Assembly (NCBI GenBank): GCA_963740315.1 | Contig: CAVUDP010000004.1 | Location: 160,001 to 224,000 of the forward strand | DNA: 64,000 nt | Direction of reading: 5' to 3' | Origin: an uncultured cyanobacterium | Lineage (GTDB): Bacteria; Cyanobacteriota; Cyanobacteriia; Cyanobacteriales; Nostocaceae | Part shown: one piece after another, positions 39,541 to 49,924 of the stretch | How the letters are laid out: every line of letters begins with the position of its first letter | Numbering within the stretch: the first letter of the stretch is position 1 | The notes under the pieces: model-generated | Told to the model about the DNA's origin: nothing | Databases searched by the model: none | What the model saw: only the letters and a program-made list of their open reading frames with translations | Translations under genes and position numbers: made by a program

Positions 39541-42500
39541 ATGCTAACTAATAAAATTGGCGCGGCTTTAGCTCAGTTTCACAAGGAAATTGACGATTGC
39601 GAACAAGCGCTGCAAAAGCTAATAAAGGTAAAAAAAATGACAGACGATCGCTCTGTAAAAATTAGTAAAACTAATACACAATTGCAACAAACTCCCATAG
39701 CAATTATCGGCATGGGTTCGGTGTTTCCACAAGCAAAGAATTTACAGGAATATTGGGAAAAAATTATTGTCGGTGCAGACTGTATTACTGATGTTCCCGC
39801 GTCGCGGTGGAATGTAGAGGATTATTACGACCCCGATCCGAAAGCACCCGATAAAACTTACTGTAAAAGAGGCGGGTTTATCCCCGACATCGACTTTAAT
39901 CCGATGGAGTTTGGACTACCTCCGAATCAGTTAGAGGTAACGGATATTTCGCAGTTGCTAGCTTTGGTGGTTGCCAAACAGGCGCTTTCTGATGCGGGTT
40001 ATGCCGAGAGTGGGTTCAATCACGATCGCACCGGGGTAATTTTGGGGGTAGCATTAGCAAGGCAGCTGACAATGCCTTTGGCTGCGAGATTGCAGTATCC
40101 TATTTGGGAAAAAGTTCTCAAAAATAAAGGTTTATCGGACGAAGATACACAAAATATTATTGAAAAAATTAAAAGCGCTTATATTAATTGGGATACCAAT
40201 GCTTTTCCAGGGATGCTGGCGAATGTGGTAGCGGGAAGAATCGCCAATCGCTTTGATTTTGGCGGAACTAACTGCGTTATTGATGCTGCTTGCGCGAGTT
40301 CGTTGAGTGCATTGTCGATGGCGATCGCTGAATTAGCCGATCGCCGTGCGGATATGATGCTGACGGGTGGAGTTGACACGGATAACTCGATTCTTGCTTA
40401 TATGTGTTTCAGCAAAACCCCGGCTGTCTCACCGGGAGAAAACGTGAAACCGTTTGATGCAGAGTCTGACGGAATGATGTTGGGTGAAGGTATCGGGATG
40501 TTGGTACTCAAGCGTTTGGAAGATGCCGAGCGCGATAACGATAAAATATATGCGGTAATTAAAGGTGTGGGAACTTCCAGCGATGGAAGGCACAAAAGTA
40601 TCTACGCACCGCGTGCCGAAGGACAAATGAAAGCTTTGGAGCGTGCCTACGAGCGGGCTGGATTTGCACCGCAAACTGTTGGTTTAATTGAAGCCCACGG
40701 TACGGGGACAATGGCAGGCGATCCGGCAGAATTCGCCGCGTTGAAAGCTGTCTTTAGCAAAGATAATCCCTTACAATCTACCGCCCTCGGTAGCGTTAAA
40801 TCTCAGATTGGACACACCAAAGCAGCAGCAGGAGCAGCAAGTTTAATTAAAACAGCTTTGGCTTTGCACCATAAGGTTTTGCCACCGACGATTAACGTTA
40901 CCAAACCAAATCCTAAGTTAGGAATTGATGATTCGCCGTTTTATCTAAATACTCAAACTCGCCCTTGGCTGCAATTTGGCGAAACACCCCGACGCGCCGG
41001 TGTCAGTTCTTTTGGTTTTGGCGGCACTAACTTTCATATTGTTTTGGAAGAATACCGCACTCAGAATGAAGCTTATCGCATTCACCGCACTCCTCAAGAG
41101 TTAATATTTTCTGCGGCTTCCCCCGAAGAGTTATTGGCTAAATGCGAATCGGTATTAGTTCAGCTATCGGATGCAGCAGAAGAATGTTATCTGGAATTAG
41201 TTAATCAAAGTAAATCGTTAGAAATCCCGGTAACAGCCGCGAGATTGGGATTTGTTGCTGGCTCTGTAGCTGAAACAGTCAATAAGTTACAGATATGCAT
41301 AAAATGGTTTAAAAAACAACCAGAAGCGGAAAATTGGGAGCTTCCCCAGGGAGTATATTACCGCAAGACGGGAATGGAATTGCAGGGAAAAGTTGTAGCT
41401 TTATTTTCCGGACAAGGTTCGCAATACTTGGAAATGGGACGAGAAGTAGTAATGAATTTCCCAGTATTGCAGCAAACTTACAGTCAAGTTGATAATTTGT
41501 TTTGTAAAGCAGGTTTATCCCCGATTTCCGAGAAAGTATTTCCCGCACCCGTGTTTGACACGGCGCAAAGACAAGTGCAAGCACAAGCTTTGCAGCAAAC
41601 CGAAATATCTCAACCGGCAATTGGTGCATTTAGCGTTGGATTGTACAAGTTATTGCAACAAGCTGGCTTTAAACCGGATATCGTCGCCGGACATAGTTTT
41701 GGCGAATTGACGGCATTATGGGCGGCAGAAGTTCTGTGCGATCGCGATTACTTCTATTTGGTGAAAGAGCGGGGACAAGCTATGGCGAAACCCGACGATT
41801 CAGAGCGGGATACCGGAGCGATGCTTGCTGTTAAGGGTGATGTGTCCAAAGTTAAAGAGATACTTACACAGTTTCCCGAAGTCAAACTTGCTAACTGCAA
41901 TTCTCCCAAGCAGGTAGTTTTGGCAGGAGCTACCGAGGGAATTACTCAAATAAAGCAGGTTTTAACCGATAAAGGCTTTTCGGCGATTAGCTTACCTGTT
42001 TCCGGTGCTTTCCACACACAGTTGATTGGCTATGCTCAAAAACCCTTTGTGAAAGCAGTTCAAGAAGTAAGTTTTAATACTCCTAAGCTACCGATTTATA
42101 CGAATACAACAGCTACACTTTACCCTCAAGAGCCTGAAGCAATTAGAAAAAATTTGCAGGCACACATCAGTCAATCGGTACTGTTTGAGCAAGAAATTGA
42201 GAATATCTATGACAAAGGCGGTTATTGCTTTGTTGAATTTGGTCCGAGAAGCATTTTAACTAACTTAGTGCATGAGATTTTAGGCTCCCGCCCTCACATG
42301 GCGATCGCACTTAATGGTAGCCGCCAAAAAGACAGCGATGCTCAACTTCGAGAAGCTGTAGTGCAATTGCGCGTTGCTGGTTTACAGTTAGCTAATCTCG
42401 ACCCCCATCAGTTGGAACTCAAGCTGCAAGCTCCGTCCAAACAAGCTTTAAATGTAAGTTTGGGTAGCTCTAACTATGTTTCTGACAAAACTAAGGCGGC

Positions 42501-44907
42501 ATTTACGAAAGCTTTAGAAAATGAGAATAAACCATTGGGCAATGGTAATGGAAGTTCGAGCAATGGTAATGGAAGTTCGAGCAATGGCAATGGAAGTTCG
42601 CGCAATGGCAATGGAAGTTCGCGCAATGGCAATGGAAGTTCGAGCAATGGCAATGGAAGTTCGAGCAATGGAAATGGGCATTTAGTTACAGCTGGTACCA
42701 AAGTTTTATCAAGAAACGGACATAAACAGGCTTCATACGAAAAATTGCTACTAGCCGAACAGACAGTTACTTCCATGAATACTACTTCCCATCAGACAAA
42801 TGGACACTCAGTAGCCACAACATTGGAGTCGAAATCAGCAGTTTCTAAAAATTCTAAAAATAGCGTAGAATCTGCTTTACCAAATCCAGAAGCGATCGCT
42901 TCTTTAGAATCAAGCATCGAACAGTTTAGCCAGACTCAAAGTCAAACTTTGTCAGTTCACGGACAATATTTGGATAATCAGCAGCAATACGTGCAAGCCT
43001 GTTTCCAACTGATGCAGCAACAAAGTGCTTTATTTTCTAACATTGCTCAATCCGGTAAAACCCAACCTGTAGAACAAATTATTGAAAGTGTCGAACGCAG
43101 CATGACGCGGGTTCACGACCATCAAGCAGATACCCTGCACCTCCACAAAAAATATTTACAAGCACAGGTTGAATCGACGCGAGACTTTTTTGAATTAACC
43201 CAGCAAGGCTATTCGCATCTGTTAGAAGAAAATGATGTTGAGTCTTATAACCTACATTCAGACTTAGTGCTTGGTGGCAAAAGCACGGAGATAAAAAATC
43301 AAAGAGAACGGGTTTTAAGTCAATCCATACCTGCTGTTGCTGCTGTAAAAGCTAAGCAGCATCTGAAAAAGGAACAGGTAATAGGGAATGAAGAAGCAAA
43401 GAACATAGAGATACACGCACAAAGTAATGGTGTTGTAAATAAGACTGAAAATTACGAAGAACAAGCCGATAAGATAGATATCGATATTGATATTGATACT
43501 TTGAGTCAAGCCCTACTTGCTGTAGTCAGCGACAAAACTGGCTATCCGGTGGAAATGCTGGAATTAGAGATGGATATAGAAGCGGATTTGGGGATTGATT
43601 CGATTAAACGAGTTGAAATTATCGGCGCATTACAAGAACAAATACCCCATTTACCGCAGCCCAATCTAGAGGAAATGGCAGAAGTCGAACTGCGAACCCT
43701 CGGACAAATTGTTGATTATATGCAGGGTTTGAAGTCAGAGGTAACGGGAAATTTAACCGAACAACCTTCTTCCCTACAAGGGAATGGGGAGAAATCTGAG
43801 GAAAACCTAACCGAACAACCTTCTTCCCTACAAGGGAATGGGGAGAATTTGGAGAAAGATTTTTCAGATGCGTTAATTGAAGATACAAAACCATCGGTAA
43901 TTGACAGCGATACCTTAAGTCAAGCCCTACTAGCGGTAGTGAGTGACAAAACTGGGTATCCGGTGGAAATGCTGGAATTAGAGATGGATATAGAAGCGGA
44001 TTTGGGGATTGATTCGATTAAACGAGTTGAAATTATCGGCGCATTACAAGAACAAATACCCCATTTACCGCAACCCAATTTAGAGGAAATGGCAGAAATT
44101 GAACTGCGAACCCTCGGACAAATTGTTGATTATATGCAGGGTTTGAAAGAAGAGACAACTATTGAGGAGGAAAAAAAAAACCCATCTTCAATAGTTGATG
44201 ACACCGAACAGAAACATAACATTAAGCGAGCAAAAGTAAAACAACAGTTTCTACCTCCTCCGGATAAGTTAGATTTTGATTTACCCGCAGGGCATATTTG
44301 TTTGCTGACTGATGATGGTTCTGAACTTACTTCCCAATTAGCTCAAATTCTAAAACATAAAGGTTTTACGGTGGTAGTTCTAAGTTTTCCTCAATCCACA
44401 TCATCATTACCAGAAGGTATTGAGCAGATAAAGCTAGATAATGGCAGCGATGAGCAAATTAAGCTACAATTAACTGCAATTAAAGCTAATTACGGAGAAA
44501 TAGCCGCTTTTATTCATCTGCATCCCACGAATAAAACAGAAGCAACAATTATCAAGCAGGTGTTTTTCTTAGCCAAACATCTTAAAACATCACTGACTCA
44601 AGCAGCGAAATTGGGGCGAAGTTGTTTCTTAACGGTGACTCGCTTAGATGGAGAGTTAGGCTGTTCGGGTAAAAATGAATTAAGCGCAATTACAGGCGGA
44701 TTATTCGGTTTAACCAAATCCTTGCGGTGGGAATGGCAATCGGTATTTTGTAGAGCAGTTGATTTGAAACCCGATTTAGATATTACCACCGCAACACAAC
44801 ATATACTTGCCGAACTCCACGATCCAAATCGTTTACTCGTCGAAGTCGGGTATGGCGCGAGAGGAAGGAATACAGTTGTCAGTGAGCAGTTAGGAGTTAG
44901 GAGTTAA
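39541..44907 (+). CDS. hglE: PfaA/HglE-type iterative PKS (KS-AT-ACP-ACP plus C-terminal KR-structural, HglF-like region)
   Basis: DAACASS, HGTGT, KSQIGH, GHSFG, AFH, two DLGIDSIKRVEI ACP motifs. Confidence 0.9.
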   Translation: MLTNKIGAALAQFHKEIDDCEQALQKLIKVKKMTDDRSVKISKTNTQLQQTPIAIIGMGSVFPQAKNLQEYWEKIIVGADCITDVPASRWNVEDYYDPDPKAPDKTYCKRGGFIPDIDFNPMEFGLPPNQLEVTDISQLLALVVAKQALSDAGYAESGFNHDRTGVILGVALARQLTMPLAARLQYPIWEKVLKNKGLSDEDTQNIIEKIKSAYINWDTNAFPGMLANVVAGRIANRFDFGGTNCVIDAACASSLSALSMAIAELADRRADMMLTGGVDTDNSILAYMCFSKTPAVSPGENVKPFDAESDGMMLGEGIGMLVLKRLEDAERDNDKIYAVIKGVGTSSDGRHKSIYAPRAEGQMKALERAYERAGFAPQTVGLIEAHGTGTMAGDPAEFAALKAVFSKDNPLQSTALGSVKSQIGHTKAAAGAASLIKTALALHHKVLPPTINVTKPNPKLGIDDSPFYLNTQTRPWLQFGETPRRAGVSSFGFGGTNFHIVLEEYRTQNEAYRIHRTPQELIFSAASPEELLAKCESVLVQLSDAAEECYLELVNQSKSLEIPVTAARLGFVAGSVAETVNKLQICIKWFKKQPEAENWELPQGVYYRKTGMELQGKVVALFSGQGSQYLEMGREVVMNFPVLQQTYSQVDNLFCKAGLSPISEKVFPAPVFDTAQRQVQAQALQQTEISQPAIGAFSVGLYKLLQQAGFKPDIVAGHSFGELTALWAAEVLCDRDYFYLVKERGQAMAKPDDSERDTGAMLAVKGDVSKVKEILTQFPEVKLANCNSPKQVVLAGATEGITQIKQVLTDKGFSAISLPVSGAFHTQLIGYAQKPFVKAVQEVSFNTPKLPIYTNTTATLYPQEPEAIRKNLQAHISQSVLFEQEIENIYDKGGYCFVEFGPRSILTNLVHEILGSRPHMAIALNGSRQKDSDAQLREAVVQLRVAGLQLANLDPHQLELKLQAPSKQALNVSLGSSNYVSDKTKAAFTKALENENKPLGNGNGSSSNGNGSSSNGNGSSRNGNGSSRNGNGSSSNGNGSSSNGNGHLVTAGTKVLSRNGHKQASYEKLLLAEQTVTSMNTTSHQTNGHSVATTLESKSAVSKNSKNSVESALPNPEAIASLESSIEQFSQTQSQTLSVHGQYLDNQQQYVQACFQLMQQQSALFSNIAQSGKTQPVEQIIESVERSMTRVHDHQADTLHLHKKYLQAQVESTRDFFELTQQGYSHLLEENDVESYNLHSDLVLGGKSTEIKNQRERVLSQSIPAVAAVKAKQHLKKEQVIGNEEAKNIEIHAQSNGVVNKTENYEEQADKIDIDIDIDTLSQALLAVVSDKTGYPVEMLELEMDIEADLGIDSIKRVEIIGALQEQIPHLPQPNLEEMAEVELRTLGQIVDYMQGLKSEVTGNLTEQPSSLQGNGEKSEENLTEQPSSLQGNGENLEKDFSDALIEDTKPSVIDSDTLSQALLAVVSDKTGYPVEMLELEMDIEADLGIDSIKRVEIIGALQEQIPHLPQPNLEEMAEIELRTLGQIVDYMQGLKEETTIEEEKKNPSSIVDDTEQKHNIKRAKVKQQFLPPPDKLDFDLPAGHICLLTDDGSELTSQLAQILKHKGFTVVVLSFPQSTSSLPEGIEQIKLDNGSDEQIKLQLTAIKANYGEIAAFIHLHPTNKTEATIIKQVFFLAKHLKTSLTQAAKLGRSCFLTVTRLDGELGCSGKNELSAITGGLFGLTKSLRWEWQSVFCRAVDLKPDLDITTATQHILAELHDPNRLLVEVGYGARGRNTVVSEQLGVRS
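42541..42678 (+). repeat. 21-bp coding tandem repeat, 6 full copies plus a partial (NGNGSSS/R)
   Basis: AATGGYAATGGAAGTTCGMGC units. Confidence 0.9.
43495..44147 (+). repeat. Near-identical tandem ACP-coding duplication (43495-43733 and 43909-44147) with a duplicated linker segment
   Basis: DNA-level identity by eye; LTEQPSSLQGNGE occurs twice in the linker. Confidence 0.85.
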
Positions 44908-45088
44908 GAGTTAGGAGTGAGCAGTGAGCAGTTAGGAGTGAGCAGTGAGCAGTGAGCAGTGAGCAGTTAGGAGTTAATATTTTCCCCTTGTCTCCCCCTC
45001 TCCCTATCTCCCCATCTCCCCCTCTCCCTATCTCCCCATCTCCCCATCTCCCCATCTCCCCATCTCCCCATCTCCCCATCTCCCCATC
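44881..45088. repeat. STRR (CAGTGAG/TTAGGAG) plus (CCCCATCT)n; supplies the last codons and stop of hglE
   Basis: Tandem arrays; hglE ends SEQLGVRS* within them. Confidence 0.85.
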
Positions 45089-45102
45089 TATTTATTAATG
45101 CG

Positions 45103-46818
45103 ATGATTAACCAAAATTCAGTATGTCTCATAACTGGTGGTGGTAAAGGAATCACTGCCAAGTCGGCGATTAAGCTGGCTCAAGAATATAAATGTAAGTT
45201 TGTTTTGCTGGGGCGATCGCCTGTTTCAAATACTCCAGAACCTGTTTGGGCGCAGGATTGTAGCTCCCAAACAGAGTTGAAGCGGCGGATTTTGGAACGG
45301 ATGATGGCTGAGGGTGAGAAACCAACGCCTCGGATGGTACAGCAAGAGTGTCAAGCTATTTCATCTCAACGCGAGATCGAGCAAACCTTGAAAGCGATCG
45401 CGCAAGCGGGGGGAAAAGCGGAATACCTCAGCGTTGATGTCACCGACGAAAGTGTATTACAACAAAAATTAGCTGAAGTCGAGGAGAGGCTGGGTAAAAT
45501 AACGGCGATCGTTCACGGTGCTGGTAATTTAGCGGATAAACCGATTGAAAAGAAAACTGAGTCGGATTTTGACAAGGTTTACAATACCAAAGTCAAAGGT
45601 TTGACTAATTTACTAAAATGCGTAAGTGCGAGTCAGTTAGATTCCTTGGTTTTGTTTTCTTCAGTAGTGGGATTTTATGGAAATGCGGGACAAACTGATT
45701 ACGCGATCGCCAACGAAACGCTGAATAAAACAGCTTATCTTGTCAAGGAAAAGCATCCCGATTGTCATGTAGTCGCCATCAATTGGGGCCCTTGGGATAG
45801 TGGTATGGTGAGTCCAGAATTGAAACGAGCATTTGCTGAACGCAATATTGAGACGATACCCGTTGAAGTCGGAACGCAAATGTTAGTTGAAGAACTCGCA
45901 TCTCAAAACCAAGATGTACAGGTAATCATTGGTTCTCCTTTAACACCTCCTGCCGTTGCTTTAGATTCCAAATTACAAACTTATTGCATCCGTCGTCGTT
46001 TAAATTTAGCCGACAATCCATTTTTACACGATCATGAAATCGCCGGTTATCCAGTTCTACCCGCAACTTGTGCAATTAATTGGATTGCCAATAGTTGCGA
46101 ACAACTTTATCCCGGATACAAATTTTTTGGTTTTCAAAACTATAAAGTTTTAAAAGGAATTGTTTTTGATGATAGTTTAGCTGAAGAATATATTTTAGAT
46201 TTACAAGAAATCGCTAAAGATGATGATGGAATTGTTTTTGATGCCAAAATATGGAGTAAAAATCAAGCAGGAAAAACCCGCTATCACTTCAGCGTTGAGC
46301 TAACAATTAAACAGCAAATTCCCGAACGCCCGCTATACGATTCTTTAGACTTAACAGCAAACAATAAAATCTTTACTTCTCGCGAACAAATATATCAACA
46401 AGGGGGAGCAACCTTATTTCACGGCGCGGCTTTTCAAGGAGTAGAAAAAGTCTTAAATATCAGTAAAGAAAAAATCACGATTCAGTGCAATTTAGCAGCC
46501 GTAGAGCTTGAGAAACAAGGACAATTTCCCGTTCAAACCTTTAACCCCTACATAGTTGACGTGAAAATTCATTCACTATGGCTTTGGGTGCAAAACTATT
46601 ATCAATGTGGCTGCTTGCCTTCAGGAATTAAGACTTACGAACAATTCGCTCCCATTCCCTTCGACGAAACATTTTATATTTCCTGCGAAATCATCAGTAA
46701 AACAGAAACAGCAGCAGTAGCTGAAGTTATTGCTCACGATCGCCAAGGAAAAATTTACATCAAAATGCAAGAAGCTAAAGGAACTATTTTACCCTTGAAT
46801 TTAGCGAAAACCAGTTAA
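45103..46818 (+). CDS. hglG: Ketoreductase plus dehydratase (HglG-like)
   Basis: TGGGKGIT, HGAG, FSSVVGFYGNAGQTDYAIAN; LHDHEIAGYPVLPAT, LFHGAAFQ. Confidence 0.85.
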   Translation: MINQNSVCLITGGGKGITAKSAIKLAQEYKCKFVLLGRSPVSNTPEPVWAQDCSSQTELKRRILERMMAEGEKPTPRMVQQECQAISSQREIEQTLKAIAQAGGKAEYLSVDVTDESVLQQKLAEVEERLGKITAIVHGAGNLADKPIEKKTESDFDKVYNTKVKGLTNLLKCVSASQLDSLVLFSSVVGFYGNAGQTDYAIANETLNKTAYLVKEKHPDCHVVAINWGPWDSGMVSPELKRAFAERNIETIPVEVGTQMLVEELASQNQDVQVIIGSPLTPPAVALDSKLQTYCIRRRLNLADNPFLHDHEIAGYPVLPATCAINWIANSCEQLYPGYKFFGFQNYKVLKGIVFDDSLAEEYILDLQEIAKDDDGIVFDAKIWSKNQAGKTRYHFSVELTIKQQIPERPLYDSLDLTANNKIFTSREQIYQQGGATLFHGAAFQGVEKVLNISKEKITIQCNLAAVELEKQGQFPVQTFNPYIVDVKIHSLWLWVQNYYQCGCLPSGIKTYEQFAPIPFDETFYISCEIISKTETAAVAEVIAHDRQGKIYIKMQEAKGTILPLNLAKTS

Positions 46819-46891
46819 TAGTAAACAATTCATAATTATTAATAGACGTAGCAGTGCTACGTCTCTACATTCTATTTTTTCACTTTTAATT

Positions 46892-49699
46892 ATGGTAAAT
46901 AGCAACAATAAAAACCAGAAGTTAGCCATAGTTGGTATAAATATAAATGGCTGTTCCTGCGAAGAACTAGATAAGTTTGAACGTAGTATTTATGAAGGAA
47001 AACCATATAATCTTCCCGATAATTTAAATTTAACAACAAATGAAATATTAAATAAAGCAGTTAAAGATGCGGAAGTTGAATCAAAGGATAAAATAAGAGT
47101 AATTACCGTCAGCGATGAAGGTAATATCCCCGATTCACAAGCAGAATTTAATAATTATTCTTTCACTCATACCGCAGTCGAAAAAACCGTATTTAACGCA
47201 ATCAAAACAGCACAAAAGCTACTTACTGCTAAAGAAGTAGACGCGGTTGTTATAGTTTCTGATGCTGCTGCATTAGTCTTAAAGCTTGATGCTGACGCTC
47301 AGAACGATCGACGTATTTATGCGACAATTGATGCATTAATTATTCCTGAAAATTCGTCCCCGAAAGCACAAACAATAACTCAAACTTGTCAGCAAGCTTT
47401 TAATGTTGCTGGAGTAAAAGCTGAAGATATTAGTTATTTAGAAATTTGCGGTCGCAGTATTTTAGAGCCGAATCAGTTAGAAATTAAAGAGTTGGTTGCA
47501 GCTTATCAAACTGGATCGGAATTAACTTGTGCGGTAGGTAGCGTAAAAACGAACATCGGTAATGATGCAGCTTCAGAAATTGCCAGTTTAATCAAAACGG
47601 CTCTATGTCTTTACTATCGCTACATTCCCGCCGTTCCAGAATGGTCTACTCCTAAATATCCAGAGCTATGGTCAGGTAGTCCTTTTTATGTTCAAACTCA
47701 GTCAAAACCCTGGTTTTTAGGCGCAGAAGCTAATAAAAGAATTGCTGCAATTAATAGTTTTAGTAACGGTAATTTAGCTCATTTAATTTTATCAGAAGCA
47801 CCGCTTGCTCAAGAACGTGACAGCAGATATTTGGAGCAAATGCCGACTTTTTTGTTTCCTTTAGCTGCCTCGGAGCCTGCTGAATTATTAGAGCAAATTG
47901 AGACTTTAGAAAAAACAATATCACAAAGCGATTCCCTTGCAGTTACCGCAGCACAAACCTTTGCAGCCTACCAAAAAAATAAAAATGCAACTTATGCTGT
48001 AGCCATTCTCGGACGTAACCTTAAAGAATTACAGCGGGAAACACAACGGGCTTTAAAAGGTGTAAAAAAAGCTGTATTAACCGGAGAAGATTGGAAAACT
48101 CCTGTAGGTAGCTGTTTCACTGCCAAACCTTTGGGTAAAAAAAGTAAAGTAGCCCTTGTATATCCCGGTGCTTACAGCTCTTATGTAGGAATAGGTCGAA
48201 ATTTATTCCGCTTATTTCCTAAAATATGGGATTCTCCGATAATTCAAAGCGTTTACACCCGTGTTGCTAGTATCGAGAAATGTCTCTATCCTCGCAGCTT
48301 AAAAGCCTTGACAAAAAGACAGTTAGAAGATTTAGAACAGCAATTGATGGATAATCCCCTTTCAATGCTGGAATCGGAAGTAGGTATTGCAGGATTAATG
48401 AGTACTGTTCTCTCTTATTATTTTAAACTGCAACCTGACTGTTGCTTTGGTTACAGCGTCGGCGAAACTACTATGGCGATCGCTCAAGGAATTTGGACTG
48501 ATTTTAACCCAATTAGCAGCGGTTTGAATTCCTCGGAACTGTTTACTACGAGATTATCAGGTGATAAAAATGCAGTACGGGAATATTGGGGATTAACAGA
48601 TAAACAAATAAAAGGTGAATTTTGGCGTAATTACGTCTTAATGGCGGAAGTTTCTCAAGTTAAAGAAACTATTAAAAACGAGGATAAAGTTTATTTAACT
48701 CAGATTAATACACCCAAAGAAGTTGTTATTGCTGGTGAGCCAGAAGCCTGTCAGAGAGTTATTGCAGCAATTGGATGTAATGCAATTCCCGCACCTTTCA
48801 ACCACGTCATCCACTGCGAAGCGATGGCTTCTGAATACGATGAATTTGTTAAACTGCATACCCTACCGATAAAAAACAAACCTCAGATAGATTTTTATTC
48901 ATCTTCAAAGTACGAAATTCTTGACCTTGATAGTAAGGTTATGGGTGATAGTATCGCCAAAGTTTTGTGCGAGCAATTCGATTTTCCCCGAATAGTCAAC
49001 CGTCTGGAGGCAGATGGTGCGAAAATTTTTCTCGAAGTAGGGGCTGGAAATGCCTGTTCGCGATGGATTGGTGAAAATCTCAAGGGAAGGGAACACACCA
49101 CAATATTTTTAAATCGTCGGGGAGTAGACGAGCATACTAGCTTACTTAGAGGTTTAGCTCAACTTTTCTCTCACCGAGTTTCCCTAGATTTATCGCCGTT
49201 ATACAACTTAAATTATCTAGAATCAAAAGCTTTTCACTCCCAGGTGGAAGCGACTTCTAAAAAGCTTGAACCTACGTCAAAAGAGCAAAAACAAATTCAA
49301 AATCAAAATCAAGAAATAATGGTAACTTTATCTCCACATTATTGGAGTAATTTTAGTACGCAAGAATTAGAAACATCGGCAAAATTGAATTATGAAAATT
49401 TAGAATTTTTAGATTTTGCAAGTTATGAAAAATCAAATCTAATTCCCAGTGATGAAAAGCTGGAAAATTATCAAGTATTTTCGCCATCAATATCAATAAA
49501 TAAGCAAATAAAACCCAGCTTAGCGAACAATAAAAAATTATCTGGATTAATTCAATCTCATGCAAAAAGAATCAGCGAAACCAACCTACAATCCAGTCAA
49601 TCCCAAGCTGTATTTTTACAAACCAGACAATCATCATTAGCAGAAATGGTGAAAATGGTTAAACTTCAGATTTCTCTTTTAAACGAACACATCAAATAG
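46892..49699 (+). CDS. hglC: Degenerate KS/CLF plus PfaB-type acyltransferase (HglC-like)
   Basis: ICGRS and SVKTNIGN replace the catalytic KS motifs; YPG, GYSVG, HVIHC. Confidence 0.78.
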   Translation: MVNSNNKNQKLAIVGININGCSCEELDKFERSIYEGKPYNLPDNLNLTTNEILNKAVKDAEVESKDKIRVITVSDEGNIPDSQAEFNNYSFTHTAVEKTVFNAIKTAQKLLTAKEVDAVVIVSDAAALVLKLDADAQNDRRIYATIDALIIPENSSPKAQTITQTCQQAFNVAGVKAEDISYLEICGRSILEPNQLEIKELVAAYQTGSELTCAVGSVKTNIGNDAASEIASLIKTALCLYYRYIPAVPEWSTPKYPELWSGSPFYVQTQSKPWFLGAEANKRIAAINSFSNGNLAHLILSEAPLAQERDSRYLEQMPTFLFPLAASEPAELLEQIETLEKTISQSDSLAVTAAQTFAAYQKNKNATYAVAILGRNLKELQRETQRALKGVKKAVLTGEDWKTPVGSCFTAKPLGKKSKVALVYPGAYSSYVGIGRNLFRLFPKIWDSPIIQSVYTRVASIEKCLYPRSLKALTKRQLEDLEQQLMDNPLSMLESEVGIAGLMSTVLSYYFKLQPDCCFGYSVGETTMAIAQGIWTDFNPISSGLNSSELFTTRLSGDKNAVREYWGLTDKQIKGEFWRNYVLMAEVSQVKETIKNEDKVYLTQINTPKEVVIAGEPEACQRVIAAIGCNAIPAPFNHVIHCEAMASEYDEFVKLHTLPIKNKPQIDFYSSSKYEILDLDSKVMGDSIAKVLCEQFDFPRIVNRLEADGAKIFLEVGAGNACSRWIGENLKGREHTTIFLNRRGVDEHTSLLRGLAQLFSHRVSLDLSPLYNLNYLESKAFHSQVEATSKKLEPTSKEQKQIQNQNQEIMVTLSPHYWSNFSTQELETSAKLNYENLEFLDFASYEKSNLIPSDEKLENYQVFSPSISINKQIKPSLANNKKLSGLIQSHAKRISETNLQSSQSQAVFLQTRQSSLAEMVKMVKLQISLLNEHIK

Positions 49700-49912
49700 A
49701 GAGGGGGGAGAGGGGGAGATGGGGAGATGGGGGGACAAGGAGATGGGGGGACAAGGGGACAAGGAGACAAGGAGAAATTTAAAACTCTTAACTCTTAACT
49801 CTTAACTCTTAACTCTTAACTCTTAACTCTTAACTCCTAATTCCGGTGGTCCTAACTCCGGTGGTCCTAACTCCTAATTCCTAATTACTAACTCCTAACT
49901 CTTAATTACTAA
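49699..49912. repeat. G-rich block plus (CTCTTAA/CTCCTAA)n STRR
   Basis: Tandem arrays. Confidence 0.8.
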
Positions 49913-49924
49913 TCTAAAATCTAT

